A stretch of 64,000 nucleotides of DNA from Theionarchaea archaeon (GTDB lineage: Archaea; Methanobacteriota_B; Thermococci; Methanofastidiosales; SZ-28-30): positions 224,001 to 288,000 of the forward strand of contig JACVGT010000018.1 in NCBI GenBank assembly GCA_018992685.1, written 5' to 3'. The notes below the pieces were generated by a model, which was not told the origin of the DNA, made no database searches, and saw only the letters and a list, made by a program, of their open reading frames with translations. The position numbers and the translations under genes were made by a program. Below are positions 1 to 10,125 of this stretch, in pieces. Each line of letters opens with the position of its first letter. Position 1 is the first letter of the stretch.

Positions 1-419
1 CAATCCGTTTTTCACCAGAGAGACTCCTTTTACTTCTATGAGTATTCTGTGGTCGAGGCAGAAATCAATCCTGGAATTCTGAAATGAAAACTCCGGGACA
101 ATCTCCCGATATTCAGGCAGGCCAGGAAGAGAGGTTTCTTGAAGTGCCTTTTTGACCAGTTGGTTTGGAACTCGAGAATCGCAGCACACAGGAGTTGAGT
201 GCGTGTATATAACTACCATATCATAATGAGTTCTCCTGTGGGATCCTGGCTCTTTACGAAGCAGAACGGGGACTCCTTCAACCAAGAGCTCCTCAAGTCG
301 TCCCGGATCGTGAAGATGAGCTTCCTTTATGCTGCCATCAAGCAAAACTGTACATAGAAACCTGTTAACCCGTTTGATGAACCGTCCTCTCACGAGTTCT
401 CCTAGGTGAATGGAAGCCA

Positions 420-1295
420 TCATCCTGACCTGATATTGAGAATTCTGGCCATATTTTCGCCAAATATCTTTGCCTGATCTTCCTCACTGATCTGAAGGGA
501 GTCAAGAATGAGTCTCTGCTCCTGTAGTATGCTGTATCGGTATCCTCGGGGGAAAAAATTGGAATCTGTTCCATATATGAGTCTTTCTGGCCCCAGGACC
601 TTCAAGCATTTTTGGAAAACCTCTTTCAGAGTGATCTCATAGGGCAGATACTCCATCCATCTATTGGAGCTCGAGGTATCAAAATAGATATTCTGACATT
701 GGTAGCTCAAGAAGAGGGACTCCCGCAAGAAGCCGCATCCAAAATGAGCCAGAATGAAGGTAACGTCGGGGAAATCTCTTGCCACAGGATGAAGATCTAT
801 GGGATTCCCATATCGTAGATCACTGAAGTACCCAATTGAGACGCCAAAATGGATGGTAACTGGAATTCCCAATGCCTGTGCTGTCTCATACACAGGGTAG
901 CAGCGTTTGTCTGAGACAGAAAACCCCCTGTTTACAGGATAGAGTTTCAACCCTTTCAGCCCCGCTCTAATGTCTTCTTCCACCATGGCAGGAGCGTCCT
1001 CTTCGGTGGGATCAACACTGGTAAACCCGATGAACTGAGTATCTTTTACAAAAGAGAGCATTTCATCATTGTGAGGCTCATGTGTAAGAAAGACTCCCTT
1101 CCATATGTTATATTTATTGAACTCCGACTTCCACAGTTCCGTTGTCTTCTGAAGTGAGTGTAACTCAAAACGTGGGATCTTGAACTGCTCTCTCCTCTTT
1201 TTTATTATGGACTCTTCCTGTTCAGATCGCGTCCATTTTCTTACCATGGAATCTGTCGCAAGATGCATGTGACCGTCAATAATAGGGAAAGGCAT
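420..1295 (-). CDS. Amidohydrolase family (TIM-barrel metal-dependent hydrolase)
   Basis: N-terminal IIDGHMH metal motif, GLKLYP, IHFG, LAHFG, YGTDS. Start trimmed to the ATG of MPFPII, which lies downstream of a TTTATA box. Confidence 0.85.
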   Translation of the reverse strand: MPFPIIDGHMHLATDSMVRKWTRSEQEESIIKKRREQFKIPRFELHSLQKTTELWKSEFNKYNIWKGVFLTHEPHNDEMLSFVKDTQFIGFTSVDPTEEDAPAMVEEDIRAGLKGLKLYPVNRGFSVSDKRCYPVYETAQALGIPVTIHFGVSIGYFSDLRYGNPIDLHPVARDFPDVTFILAHFGCGFLRESLFLSYQCQNIYFDTSSSNRWMEYLPYEITLKEVFQKCLKVLGPERLIYGTDSNFFPRGYRYSILQEQRLILDSLQISEEDQAKIFGENMARILNIRSG

Positions 1296-1528
1296 GACCG
1301 GGATGTGAATTATGTGTATATAAACGCTTCCATGAAAAAAGACTGAGAATTCCTTATTCAGGTCATTCAGGGAATCCACAGGAGCTACGATTTCTCCCAG
1401 AGTTGCTGGCTGAAATACAGCTGGAACTTCGCTGCAAATGGACTAAAATCCTCACGGAGCATTCATGACTGTGACAGTAGTCACAAAGTGATGGAAATCT
1501 ATTTAAGCCGTTCGTTTTCTTGACATGG

Positions 1529-2758
1529 ATGATGGATGAGAACAATCCCCGCCCTGTTGAGAAGACTGTCAGATTACAAGGTCATCTCGTGGATTCGGAC
1601 ATTATGTCTTCTGTACTGGACAGAATCGTAAGCTTGGAAGGCAAATTTAGATTCGAGGAGTTTGATATCGGAAAGACAAATGTTGATCCTTCTGTCACAA
1701 TCCTAACAGTTTTCGCAAAAGACAATGAACACATGGGACTGATACTGGGAGAATTGACCCAGCTTGGAGCGTTTGTTGATGATGAGAACGCCATGGTGGA
1801 GAAAGCCCCAGCAGACTGCGTGGTCCCTGAGAATTTTTATTCCACAACAAATCATCGTACAGCAATTAGGATAAAGGGAACGTGGGTAGAAGTGGAGGAG
1901 CAAATGATGGACAGTGTCATTGTCGTTTCTCCTGATTATGAGAGGGCTTCATGCAAGAAACTCCGTTACATAGAGAAGGACGATTATGTCGTTGTTGGAA
2001 CCAGAGGCATACATGTCATGCCCAGAGAAAAATCCAGGAAGCGATCCATCTTTGACTTCATGCATTCTGTGGTAAGCTCTGAAAGGAATATCACTGTCTT
2101 CGTAAAACAGGCAGCCCATATCATGAAAGACATCAAATCAGCGGGAGGGAAAACATGTGTTGTTCCAGGACCAGCCGTAATCCACACCGGGGGCTCACGT
2201 CACCTTGCCAGTTTGATAAGGAAAGGGTATATTGACGGTCTTCTTTCAGGAAATGCGCTTGCGGTCCACGATGTAGAGACCATGCTGTTCGGAACTTCTC
2301 TGGGTGTTTCCCTGGAATCTGGACAGAGTGTTGAGGGAGGACACAGGCACCACATGGCAGCCATCAACCACATAAATAAATACGGGGGCTTGAGGGGACT
2401 ATTCGAGAAAGGGCTGTTGACCTCTGGAATTTTCTTTGAGTGCTTGAGTCATGATGTTCCATTCGCACTTGCAGGATCTATCAGAGACGATGGACCAATT
2501 CCAGATGTTATTACAGATGTGAGAACTGCCCAGGAGCAATACATTGAATTACTGGAAGATGTCGATCTGGTGCTCATGCTGGCAAGCATGTTGCACTCCA
2601 TCGCCGTTGGGAACGTTCTCCCCAGCTATGTGAGGACAATCTGTGTGGACATAAATCCGGCTGCAGTTACAAAGCTGGTTGACAGGGGTTCTTTTCAGGC
2701 ATTTGGCATCGTGACTGATGTGAGTTTGTTTCTCAGAGTACTGGATTCTCTGCTGTGA
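1529..2758 (+). CDS. TIGR00300-family ornithine cyclodeaminase-like protein (LOR/SDH-type)
   Basis: Motifs GHLVDS, PENFYSTTNHRT, GPAVIHTG, GNALAVHD, LAGSIRDDGP, SMLHSIAVGN, KLVDRGS. Confidence 0.85.
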   Translation: MMDENNPRPVEKTVRLQGHLVDSDIMSSVLDRIVSLEGKFRFEEFDIGKTNVDPSVTILTVFAKDNEHMGLILGELTQLGAFVDDENAMVEKAPADCVVPENFYSTTNHRTAIRIKGTWVEVEEQMMDSVIVVSPDYERASCKKLRYIEKDDYVVVGTRGIHVMPREKSRKRSIFDFMHSVVSSERNITVFVKQAAHIMKDIKSAGGKTCVVPGPAVIHTGGSRHLASLIRKGYIDGLLSGNALAVHDVETMLFGTSLGVSLESGQSVEGGHRHHMAAINHINKYGGLRGLFEKGLLTSGIFFECLSHDVPFALAGSIRDDGPIPDVITDVRTAQEQYIELLEDVDLVLMLASMLHSIAVGNVLPSYVRTICVDINPAAVTKLVDRGSFQAFGIVTDVSLFLRVLDSLL

Positions 2759-2974
2759 TCAACATTAGTCTGCTTGAATCCACCTGCGGAACGGGTCACA
2801 GGAAGAGAGCTCTGAAAGAGTCTTTCATGAGAACTCAAGAACAAGGAGTGTCTCGCGGCTGTCATTACCGGTGTACGTGGGGCTGATTCTGACTGTGGTT
2901 ATCCTGCTCACGAATGTTTCGGAGAGAATTCAACCCCTGCAAACCCTTAAAAGAACGCGCCAATAATCACCATC

Positions 2975-4111
2975 ATGAAGAAGCTGAAGCTTTACGACTG
3001 GCACACGGCACATGCCAAAATGGGCGAATATGCTGGCTGGCACATGCCCCTATGGTATTCTTCAGTGAAAAATGAACATCTGGCAGTGAGAAACAATGTG
3101 GGAATATTCGACGTCTCCCACATGACGGAGATCTATGTAGGAGGGAAGGATGCCCTCAAATTCCTGCAGTATGTGGCAACTGCTGATGTGTCAATTCCTC
3201 CCCCCATATCTACCACCTACACGACCTTCCTCAATGAAAGGGGTGGAATTAAGGATGAAGGACTTATTTACAACCTTGGCGACAAGTACATGATTGTGTG
3301 TGATGCAGTAGCTATGGAAAAGCTGTACTCCTGGCTGATGTCCCTGAAAGGGGCTGCTTCTCTAGCCGGTGATCTTGATGTAGGTATTACTAATAAGACT
3401 TTTGACATCTCATTACTTTCGGTTCAGGGCCCCAAAGCCCGTGCCATAGCTGAGAAGCTTTTTTCCATCGACATTCAGGATTTGTGGTGGTTCCAGTGCC
3501 GGGAAACAGAGTACAAAGGCGAACCCGTTCTCCTGTCGAAATCAGGATACACTGGCGAGAATGGATTTGAGCTCTTTGTGGAGATGGATCCTTTACCCTT
3601 ATGGGAGAACCTACTGGAGCTGGGGGCAGCGCCTTGTGGACTTGCCACGCGGGACACCACCAGAATTGAGGCCGGATACACGTTATATGGTCATGAAACC
3701 ATGGAAAAACAGGTTCTTTCCCAGCCGTACGATGAATACACACCCCTCCATGCTGGGTTCCACCTGTGGGAATTCTCCCCCATCAAATGGGAAAAGGACT
3801 TCGTTGGAAAGGAAGCACTGGAAATCCAGAAACGAATGGGTATTGACAAGAATCTTATCCATCTGGAGATGGTAGACAGGGGAATCCCCAGAGAGGGATA
3901 CATCATCACAAAGGCTGGAACCCCCATCGGGGAGGTAACCAGCGGGACACAATCAGTGATAACAGGAAAGGGAATTGCCATTGGATACAGTTCTGAAGGC
4001 AAACCTGGAGAATCAGTGGAAATCATTATAAGGGAAGAACCAAGGAAAGCAACCATAGTGACGCCGCCCTTTTACGACCCCAAGAAATATGGAGCATTCA
4101 GAGAGGTGTGA
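2975..4111 (+). CDS. gcvT: Glycine cleavage system aminomethyltransferase (T protein)
   Basis: AGWHMPLWYS, EHLAVRNNVGIFDVSHM, SGYTGENGFE, RIEAGYTLYG. Adjacent to gcvH. Confidence 0.95.
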   Translation: MKKLKLYDWHTAHAKMGEYAGWHMPLWYSSVKNEHLAVRNNVGIFDVSHMTEIYVGGKDALKFLQYVATADVSIPPPISTTYTTFLNERGGIKDEGLIYNLGDKYMIVCDAVAMEKLYSWLMSLKGAASLAGDLDVGITNKTFDISLLSVQGPKARAIAEKLFSIDIQDLWWFQCRETEYKGEPVLLSKSGYTGENGFELFVEMDPLPLWENLLELGAAPCGLATRDTTRIEAGYTLYGHETMEKQVLSQPYDEYTPLHAGFHLWEFSPIKWEKDFVGKEALEIQKRMGIDKNLIHLEMVDRGIPREGYIITKAGTPIGEVTSGTQSVITGKGIAIGYSSEGKPGESVEIIIREEPRKATIVTPPFYDPKKYGAFREV

Positions 4112-4114
4112 CTC

Positions 4115-4501
4115 ATGAAATACAAAACCAAGGAAGGATTGTACTACACGAAAGAGCATGAATGGCTGAACGTGGAAGATGGCACTGGTACAGTGGGACT
4201 GTCCCACTATGCTGCAGAAGAACTGGGAGATATCGCGTACATAGAACTCCCAAAACCTGGGAAGGTTACACAGGGAGGAAAATTATGCGAAATTGAGTCA
4301 GTCAAGGCAGTATCAGACATATATGCACCGGTTTCTGGCCTCGTAGTTGAGGTGAACAATGCGCTGACTGATTCGCCAGAACTAATTAATCAAGACTCGT
4401 ATGCAGCCTGGATATGCAAGATTGACATAGAAGACAAAAAAGAAATCGAAAAGCTCATGTCTGCCCAGGAATACGCCACATATGTAGAGTCTCTCACATA
4501 G
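4115..4501 (+). CDS. gcvH: Glycine cleavage system H protein
   Basis: YTKEHEW, lipoyl-Lys motif IESVKAVSDIYAPVSG. SD GAGGTG upstream. Confidence 0.95.
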   Translation: MKYKTKEGLYYTKEHEWLNVEDGTGTVGLSHYAAEELGDIAYIELPKPGKVTQGGKLCEIESVKAVSDIYAPVSGLVVEVNNALTDSPELINQDSYAAWICKIDIEDKKEIEKLMSAQEYATYVESLT

Positions 4502-4917
4502 AGAGATCGGGACCAGAGCGAACCAGCCCGATAACACGTAGGATGGTGCGAACGGAAAGCAGATGTGAAAATGAGGTAACGCACATTGCATGAGTCTTCG
4601 GGTTTTTGAACACCTTGGAGTACTGCGTCCACACAGATAATGGCTGAGCCACGGTTACAATCCCCGGCACTTTGCGAGCGACAAGATCAGCTTTCATCAA
4701 CCCTCTGTGGCTTCTGTAAGATCGTCCTGAACCCATATTCCGAAGAAAGGGAGATTCTTGCTGCTGAAGCTTTGATTCTCGTTCCTGCATTTATTTCTTC
4801 CTGAATTGAAAATTAATCCCAGATAAGGAACCTGTAACCCTCAAGTAAATACACCATAGTCACACCCTGGCATGAAGGAAAATTCAGAAAAAGAAAAGAA
4901 AATGAATGATTGTCCAT

Positions 4918-5115
4918 CTATCTAAGCGCCAGCTTGACGTCCTCAGCTTTCACTGTCTTGCGTCCAGCGTGCTGAGCGTATTCTACAGCGAGTTTTGAGA
5001 TTTCGATTGCTTCTTCTTCAAGTATGCTAGCGAGTGCCTTAGCGGCGGCCTCAGAGACTCGCTCTGCACCGGCCTTCCGCATAATCCTGTCAATGGGCCT
5101 GTGAGACAATGCCAT
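4918..5115 (-). CDS. Archaeal histone (HMfA/HMfB family)
   Basis: 65 aa, [12 protein letters not shown]...[21 protein letters not shown] upstream. Confidence 0.95.
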   Translation of the reverse strand: MALSHRPIDRIMRKAGAERVSEAAAKALASILEEEAIEISKLAVEYAQHAGRKTVKAEDVKLALR

Positions 5116-5196
5116 GATAGCACCTCCTCTTTAAGCTTTATTTTGCGATCAGATTCAGGTTTTGAATCAATTTTATAATCATCTCTCTTCTAACCC

Positions 5197-5213
5197 TTTT
5201 TAAACTTTTCGGT
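5197..5213 (-). promoter_or_regulatory. BRE-TATA promoter of the histone gene
   Basis: ACCGAAAAG-TTTAAAAA on the minus strand, matching the archaeal BRE/TATA consensus. Confidence 0.7.
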
Positions 5214-5254
5214 TGAAGGGACTAAAGAACATCAAATTTGAGGTTTTAATTACT

Positions 5255-6166
5255 TTAGACTAGAGTTGCGCTTCTGTTTTTGCTGACAACTGTAAGCTTC
5301 CACCGTGAACCAGATAAAACCTCGTCAAAGAAGACAAGGGTAAAGATGAGGTTCATGTTGCTAGTCCTTTCGAGAAATTCACAAAAAGAAGAAAACTCAT
5401 GGAGAGTCGTGCAAGGTAATGTACTTTTCAGACCAGTGGAGAAGGCTTTGTGTGCTGTTGATGATGAACTGGAGGTCCTACCCGGTGGCTCGTGTTCATG
5501 AGGCAATACAGGTTGGATATCCTGCCTTGAAGGACACAATCCCCGTATGACACAGGATCGACATTCGGGATTATGAGCATGACATATAGCTCTTCCATGG
5601 TAGATGAGCAGGGTTGAAAAGTGAAGCCATTCCCTGCGAGGGACGATACGCATGAGATCTTTCTCAACCTGTTGCGGATTCTCCTGTGAAGTCAACCCAA
5701 GTCTTCGGGACAATCGGTTTACGTGAGTATCCACAATGATGCCTTCTTCTTTGCCAAAAGCATTTGAAAGGATGACGTTGGCTGTCTTTCTTCCAACACC
5801 AGGTAGAGTGGTTAAATCTTCCATGGAATTAGGGACAGTACTGTGGAAGTTCTCTACAATCTTTTGGCACGCGCCTATGATGAAGGCAGCTTTGCTCTTA
5901 TACAATCCAAGAGGTTTGATGAAGCCCTGAAGGGCCTGGAGGTCGACTTCAGCAAAGTCCTTGCATGTCCGATACTCCTTGAAAAGTGCTGGCGTTATTC
6001 GATTTACCCGCTCATCAGTGGATTGAGCTGATAGAATGGTCGCAACGAGAAGCTGAAGAGGATTCTCAAAGTCCAGTGTTATCACCGCATGGGGGTATTC
6101 CTTTGAGAGCCGCATGATAATGTCTGACACTCGTGACATGTTATCCGTACTCACTAGTCCATTCAC
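5255..6166 (-). CDS. nth: Endonuclease III (HhH-GPD glycosylase, 4Fe-4S) with an unexplained C-terminal extension
   Basis: ATILSAQSTD, LPGVGRKTAN, VDTHVNR, C-x6-C-x2-C-x5-C cluster motif. Confidence 0.9.
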   Translation of the reverse strand: MNGLVSTDNMSRVSDIIMRLSKEYPHAVITLDFENPLQLLVATILSAQSTDERVNRITPALFKEYRTCKDFAEVDLQALQGFIKPLGLYKSKAAFIIGACQKIVENFHSTVPNSMEDLTTLPGVGRKTANVILSNAFGKEEGIIVDTHVNRLSRRLGLTSQENPQQVEKDLMRIVPRREWLHFSTLLIYHGRAICHAHNPECRSCVIRGLCPSRQDIQPVLPHEHEPPGRTSSSSSTAHKAFSTGLKSTLPCTTLHEFSSFCEFLERTSNMNLIFTLVFFDEVLSGSRWKLTVVSKNRSATLV

Positions 6167-6921
6167 TATCTGTGGATTCTGGTCCCGTCCACCTCACCTG
6201 AAACAGCCTTGGTCAGGGTATTCTCCCTGATGAGATTGATCAGATTGACTTCAATTCCAGGAATCTCGGAAATCTCCTGGAGTTTTCCCTTCATACCGAG
6301 TGTAACATCCCCCACTTCTCCTGCAGAAATCGAATCCAAATCGGCAAATGTGATATCTTTCAAAAGGTGAGCACTCTCGGTTCTGGGATCTTCAGTGTAC
6401 AGCCCATCCACTTCAAGCCCAAAAACAACCTTTCGGGGACTGAGGGCTCCAGCCAGATAGGACACTATCTGATCTCCTGACAAGATGCAGAATCCCATCT
6501 CTGTATCTGTAACTACGTCACCATAGAGGACGGGCGTGCAACCCAGAGCCAGTAATCCTTTAACTGGTTCAAGGAAACTGTGTGAAATCCTTTTGTTTTT
6601 ACAGATAAAGCAAGCTGAAGGCTGCACTGACACAGCACTAACACCATGCCTCAACAGAATCGAGAGAATGATCTGGTTAAGCTGGGTCATTGAATATCGG
6701 GTCTGAGAGACACCGGACAGTTGCCCGAGATCAGAAAACCCCTTGTGCAGACAATACTCTTTTGCCAGTGGATGCCCATAGCTCCCTCCTCCATGAACCA
6801 GAATTACCTGCTCACTGACCTCGCCTATTTGGCTGGCCGCATTCTCAATTACCTCAGGACGCGGCGTGAAGTCCTTGCTCTTGTCTGTTACAGCAGAGCC
6901 ACCCAGCTTGATAATGATCAT
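6166..6921 (-). CDS. ipk: Isopentenyl phosphate kinase
   Basis: IIKLGGSAVTDK, VHGGGSYGH, PVLYGDVV, ILSGD, DVTLGMKGK (amino-acid-kinase fold, IPK-type His). Confidence 0.9.
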   Translation of the reverse strand: MIIIKLGGSAVTDKSKDFTPRPEVIENAASQIGEVSEQVILVHGGGSYGHPLAKEYCLHKGFSDLGQLSGVSQTRYSMTQLNQIILSILLRHGVSAVSVQPSACFICKNKRISHSFLEPVKGLLALGCTPVLYGDVVTDTEMGFCILSGDQIVSYLAGALSPRKVVFGLEVDGLYTEDPRTESAHLLKDITFADLDSISAGEVGDVTLGMKGKLQEISEIPGIEVNLINLIRENTLTKAVSGEVDGTRIHR

Positions 6922-7055
6922 GATTTTTCCAGCCACTTGTATATTATATGTGCTAGTGCGAGAACAACCAGCAGTGGCCAGGCACACCGTATGACATAGA
7001 AAACCACAAGAGCCAGGATGATGGCCACTATCAGCAATGTGATGTCAACCTTCAC
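6918..7055 (-). CDS. Small hydrophobic membrane peptide, 45 aa (not in ORF track)
   Basis: GTG start overlaps the alaX stop (GTGA) and its TGA overlaps the ipk ATG (ATGA). Sequence [45 protein letters not shown]. Confidence 0.75.
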   Translation of the reverse strand: MKVDITLLIVAIILALVVFYVIRCAWPLLVVLALAHIIYKWLEKS

Positions 7056-7675
7056 AAAAACACCTCCACTCTCTCTTTACCCTTACCCACATTCTTCCGT
7101 TTCAGCTTTGAAAGATATCCAATCTCTTGTGTTGACTTCGTATGTAACCCACCGCAGGGCATGGGGTCATACCCCTCAATCTGAACCAGTCTCTTGTTAC
7201 CTTCCCACCACGCTGTGATGGGTCTGTCCTCATCAATAAGAGCCGAAAAACGCTTTTCCAGTGCAGCCCGTTTTGGCTCATCCAGGACGTCATCGTAAAC
7301 CAAGTCCAGTCTGCTTTTTTCTGCCTCCACATTGGAACCTGCGCTTGCAGATATGCCAAATAGCTCCCCTGCCACATCAAAGAGAAGATGGAGAGCAGAA
7401 TGCATACGCATGACAGCATATCGGTAATCCCAATCCAGTAAACACCTCACTGTATTCCCCTGCAGGAAGGGAGCCTGGTCCAAAACGTGCACAACATCTG
7501 ATCCCAGTTCGAAAACATCCTGAATTTCTTGATTGGAAATAGTCCCTCTATCATGGGGTTGTCCTCCACCAGTAGGGTAGAAAATTGTATCTTCCAAAAT
7601 CACCTGGTTGTCATCCACTTTCTTTACTGCAGTTTTCAGTTCTCTCAGGTATGGATCGAGGTAGTATTTCCACAT
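7052..7675 (-). CDS. alaX: AlaX trans-editing protein (alanyl-tRNA editing domain)
   Basis: [20 protein letters not shown] (HxxxH), PCGGLH (CxxxH). SD GGAGGGTGGTGA before MWKYY. Confidence 0.9.
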   Translation of the reverse strand: MWKYYLDPYLRELKTAVKKVDDNQVILEDTIFYPTGGGQPHDRGTISNQEIQDVFELGSDVVHVLDQAPFLQGNTVRCLLDWDYRYAVMRMHSALHLLFDVAGELFGISASAGSNVEAEKSRLDLVYDDVLDEPKRAALEKRFSALIDEDRPITAWWEGNKRLVQIEGYDPMPCGGLHTKSTQEIGYLSKLKRKNVGKGKERVEVFL

Positions 7676-7805
7676 TGTGTCACCACCCTCCAGGGGGAGT
7701 CTTCCATTATATAGATTGCGCTTGATCTCGTATGGGGGGTTGGCCTCAGTCATGGACACCACATATATTTATAAGCTCGAGTCAAAAGTAGACACGGTGA
7801 CTTCA

Positions 7806-8198
7806 ATGAGGAAGATTCGCGTGCTTGTGGCAAAACCGGGATTAGATGGCCATGATCGAGGCGCAAAAGTGGTGGCCAGAGCCTTGAGAGATGCAGGAAT
7901 GGAAGTCATCTACACCGGATTGAGACAAACCCCAGAGCAGATTGTGGAGACTGCCCTTCAGGAAGATGTGGATTGCGTAGGACTCTCTATCCTTTCTGGA
8001 GCTCACATGACATTGGTCCCAAAGGTAATCGAATTGTTGAAGAAGAATCAGGCTGCGGACATGCTTGTGGCAGTGGGAGGCATCATTCCTGATGAAGATG
8101 CAGCCAGACTGAAAGAAATGGGAGTACGAGGTGTCTTCGGTCCGGGGACTTCAACCCAGGAAATCATCACGTTTATTCAATCTCATGTAAGTGCATAA
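7806..8198 (+). CDS. Methylmalonyl-CoA mutase-type cobalamin-binding small subunit
   Basis: [12 protein letters not shown] (DxHxxG), SILSGAH, GGIIP, FGPGT. Confidence 0.93.
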   Translation: MRKIRVLVAKPGLDGHDRGAKVVARALRDAGMEVIYTGLRQTPEQIVETALQEDVDCVGLSILSGAHMTLVPKVIELLKKNQAADMLVAVGGIIPDEDAARLKEMGVRGVFGPGTSTQEIITFIQSHVSA

Positions 8199-8199
8199 T

Positions 8200-9129
8200 A
8201 TGGAACTGGTAGATCGACTCCTGGCAGGAGACAGAAGGGCCTGCGCCCGCCTCATCACCCTGGTGGAGAACGAGGCCCCGGAAGCACAACAAGCACTCAA
8301 AGAAATTCATCCCCATACCGGGAAAGCACATGTAATCGGGGTAACAGGTCCTCCAGGAGCGGGAAAATCCAGTCTGGTGGACAAACTCACCCAGTATTAT
8401 CGGGAACAGGGAAAGACCGTTGGAGTCATCGCAGTTGATCCTTCCTCGCCTTTTACAGGTGGTGCTCTCCTGGGGGACAGGATCAGGATGCAAGAAAGAT
8501 CCACAGACCCTGGCGTGTTTATCAGAAGCATGGGTACACGGGGTCACATGGGGGGACTGGCCCTCACCACAAAAGATGCTATCAAGATTCTGGATGCATT
8601 TGGTAAGGATATTATCCTTGTTGAGACGGTGGGGACTGGCCAGGATGAGATAGACATCATAAGAGCTGCAGATACCGTACTGGTGGTGACGATGCCCAGT
8701 CTAGGAGATGATATCCAGGCTATAAAGGCCGGAATCTTGGAGATTGGAGATATTTTTGTGGTTAACAAGGCAGACCTCGATTTTGTGGATAAGGCAGTAA
8801 TGGAACTGGAAATGATGCTGGATTTCAATTCAGGTAAGGGGTGGCGTCCTCCAGTGGTGAGGACTGTGGCCAACATGGGGGGAGGTATTGAGGAACTGGC
8901 TGAGGCTATTCAGGCACACATTGAATACTTGAAGAAAGAAGGTCTCTATGAGGAGAAAAGGAGACTGAAGGTTGAGATGGAACTCCTGGAAGTACTGAAC
9001 AGACGTGTTGTCAAGGAAGTCCTTGAAAAAGCCAAAAAAACCAATGAATTCGACAGGTTGGTTGATCTAATACTGGAACGAGAGACAGACTGTTATTCAG
9101 CAGCAGAAACCCTTCTGCAAAAGAAATGA
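8200..9129 (+). CDS. meaB: MeaB/ArgK GTPase metallochaperone
   Basis: GPPGAGKSS, VDPSSPFTGGALLGDRIRM, ETVGTGQDE, NKAD. Follows the mutase small subunit. Confidence 0.93.
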   Translation: MELVDRLLAGDRRACARLITLVENEAPEAQQALKEIHPHTGKAHVIGVTGPPGAGKSSLVDKLTQYYREQGKTVGVIAVDPSSPFTGGALLGDRIRMQERSTDPGVFIRSMGTRGHMGGLALTTKDAIKILDAFGKDIILVETVGTGQDEIDIIRAADTVLVVTMPSLGDDIQAIKAGILEIGDIFVVNKADLDFVDKAVMELEMMLDFNSGKGWRPPVVRTVANMGGGIEELAEAIQAHIEYLKKEGLYEEKRRLKVEMELLEVLNRRVVKEVLEKAKKTNEFDRLVDLILERETDCYSAAETLLQKK

Positions 9130-9277
9130 AATCCCCTTGCCTCTCATCATCTGAGAAAATGGCATTATCTTGTATGATTGATTGCACTGTTACCTGACAT
9201 CGTTGAAAAGAAGAACATGGATTCGGAAACAGGTTGACATTTTGGTGACAAAAGATTTATAAGGCGTAATCCGTTCT

Positions 9278-9330
9278 CATCATCTACTGACAGAAACAAG
9301 TTGAAGGACTTGTTCATGATGGATGAGGTG
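9278..9330 (+). promoter_or_regulatory. Structured 5' UTR of rpl7ae, candidate kink-turn autoregulatory element
   Basis: CATCTA-CTGA...AACAAG/CTTGTT...ATGA-TGGATG hairpin with GA motifs abutting the SD, downstream of TATA TTTATAA (~9256). Confidence 0.55.
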
Positions 9331-9335
9331 ATTTT

Positions 9336-9701
9336 ATGCCCAGTTATGTCAAATTCAAGGTACCAAAAGAAGTAGTGGAAAAGGCTTATGAAGCACTTGA
9401 ACTCTCACGGGACACAGGAAAGGTAACGAAAGGAACCAATGAAACCACCAAAGCAATTGAACGCGGTGTGGCCAAAATTGTGTTTGTTGCTGAAGATGTC
9501 ACTCCTGAGGAAATCGTAGCACATCTTCCCGTGCTCTGTGAGGAAAAGAAAATCCCGTACGTATATGTCCCCAAGAAGTCTGACCTTGGCACGGCCAGCG
9601 GTCTGGACGTGGGGACTGCATCCTGTGCCATTGTCCAAGCAGGGAAAGCCAAGAAAGAAGTGAAAGCCCTGGCCAGCCAGATAAAAGAGTTGACCGGTTA
9701 G
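9336..9701 (+). CDS. rpl7ae: 50S ribosomal protein L7Ae
   Basis: [34 protein letters not shown]. Confidence 0.97.
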   Translation: MPSYVKFKVPKEVVEKAYEALELSRDTGKVTKGTNETTKAIERGVAKIVFVAEDVTPEEIVAHLPVLCEEKKIPYVYVPKKSDLGTASGLDVGTASCAIVQAGKAKKEVKALASQIKELTG

Positions 9702-9724
9702 GAACGAAGGTGAAAGTGATATCC

Positions 9725-9940
9725 ATGGACGAGAAGCTTGGTACTCCTGCAGAAGTTGTAGAAGTGAGAACGCGAACTGGTGCCACTGGAGACATCTTCC
9801 AGGTCAAATGCAAGATTCTGGAGGGTCCAGACAAAGGAGGAGTGAGAACTCGGAATGTGAAAGGACCCATCCAGGTGGGAGATGTTCTGGTTCTCATGGA
9901 GACTGAACGCGAAGCCAAGGAAATCAAGGTGCCCAGATGA
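9725..9940 (+). CDS. rps28e: 30S ribosomal protein S28e
   Basis: [33 protein letters not shown]. Conserved L7Ae-S28e-L24e-ndk order. Confidence 0.95.
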   Translation: MDEKLGTPAEVVEVRTRTGATGDIFQVKCKILEGPDKGGVRTRNVKGPIQVGDVLVLMETEREAKEIKVPR

Positions 9941-9950
9941 AGGTGAGAAC

Positions 9951-10121
9951 GTGAAATGCAGTTTCTGCGGGAAGGACATTGAAAAGGGAACCGGCAAGAT
10001 GTATGTGAAGAAGGATGGCTCAGTTCTGTACTTCTGTTCGGGGAAATGTGAAAAAAATATGGTTAACCTGCGGAGAAAACCACGCAAGTTCAAGTGGGCT
10101 CGGCAGGAGCAGATAGAGTGA
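9951..10121 (+). CDS. rpl24e: 50S ribosomal protein L24e
   Basis: [32 protein letters not shown] start after SD AGGTGA. Confidence 0.95.
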   Translation: MKCSFCGKDIEKGTGKMYVKKDGSVLYFCSGKCEKNMVNLRRKPRKFKWARQEQIE

Positions 10122-10125
10122 TCGC

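Noticed and set aside
1-87. 3' end of a plus-strand gene entering the window
   Set aside because: Only 28 open codons with no recognisable motif; cannot be supported.
2760-2940. Possible glycine riboswitch upstream of gcvT (GGAGAGA/GAAGAGAG words)
   Set aside because: The rest of the aptamer consensus is missing, and the TATA lies downstream of it, so gcvT looks nearly leaderless.
4502-4917. ORF or ncRNA in the gap between gcvH and the histone gene
   Set aside because: No promoter/SD-supported ORF or convincing structure; only the histone T-rich terminator region.
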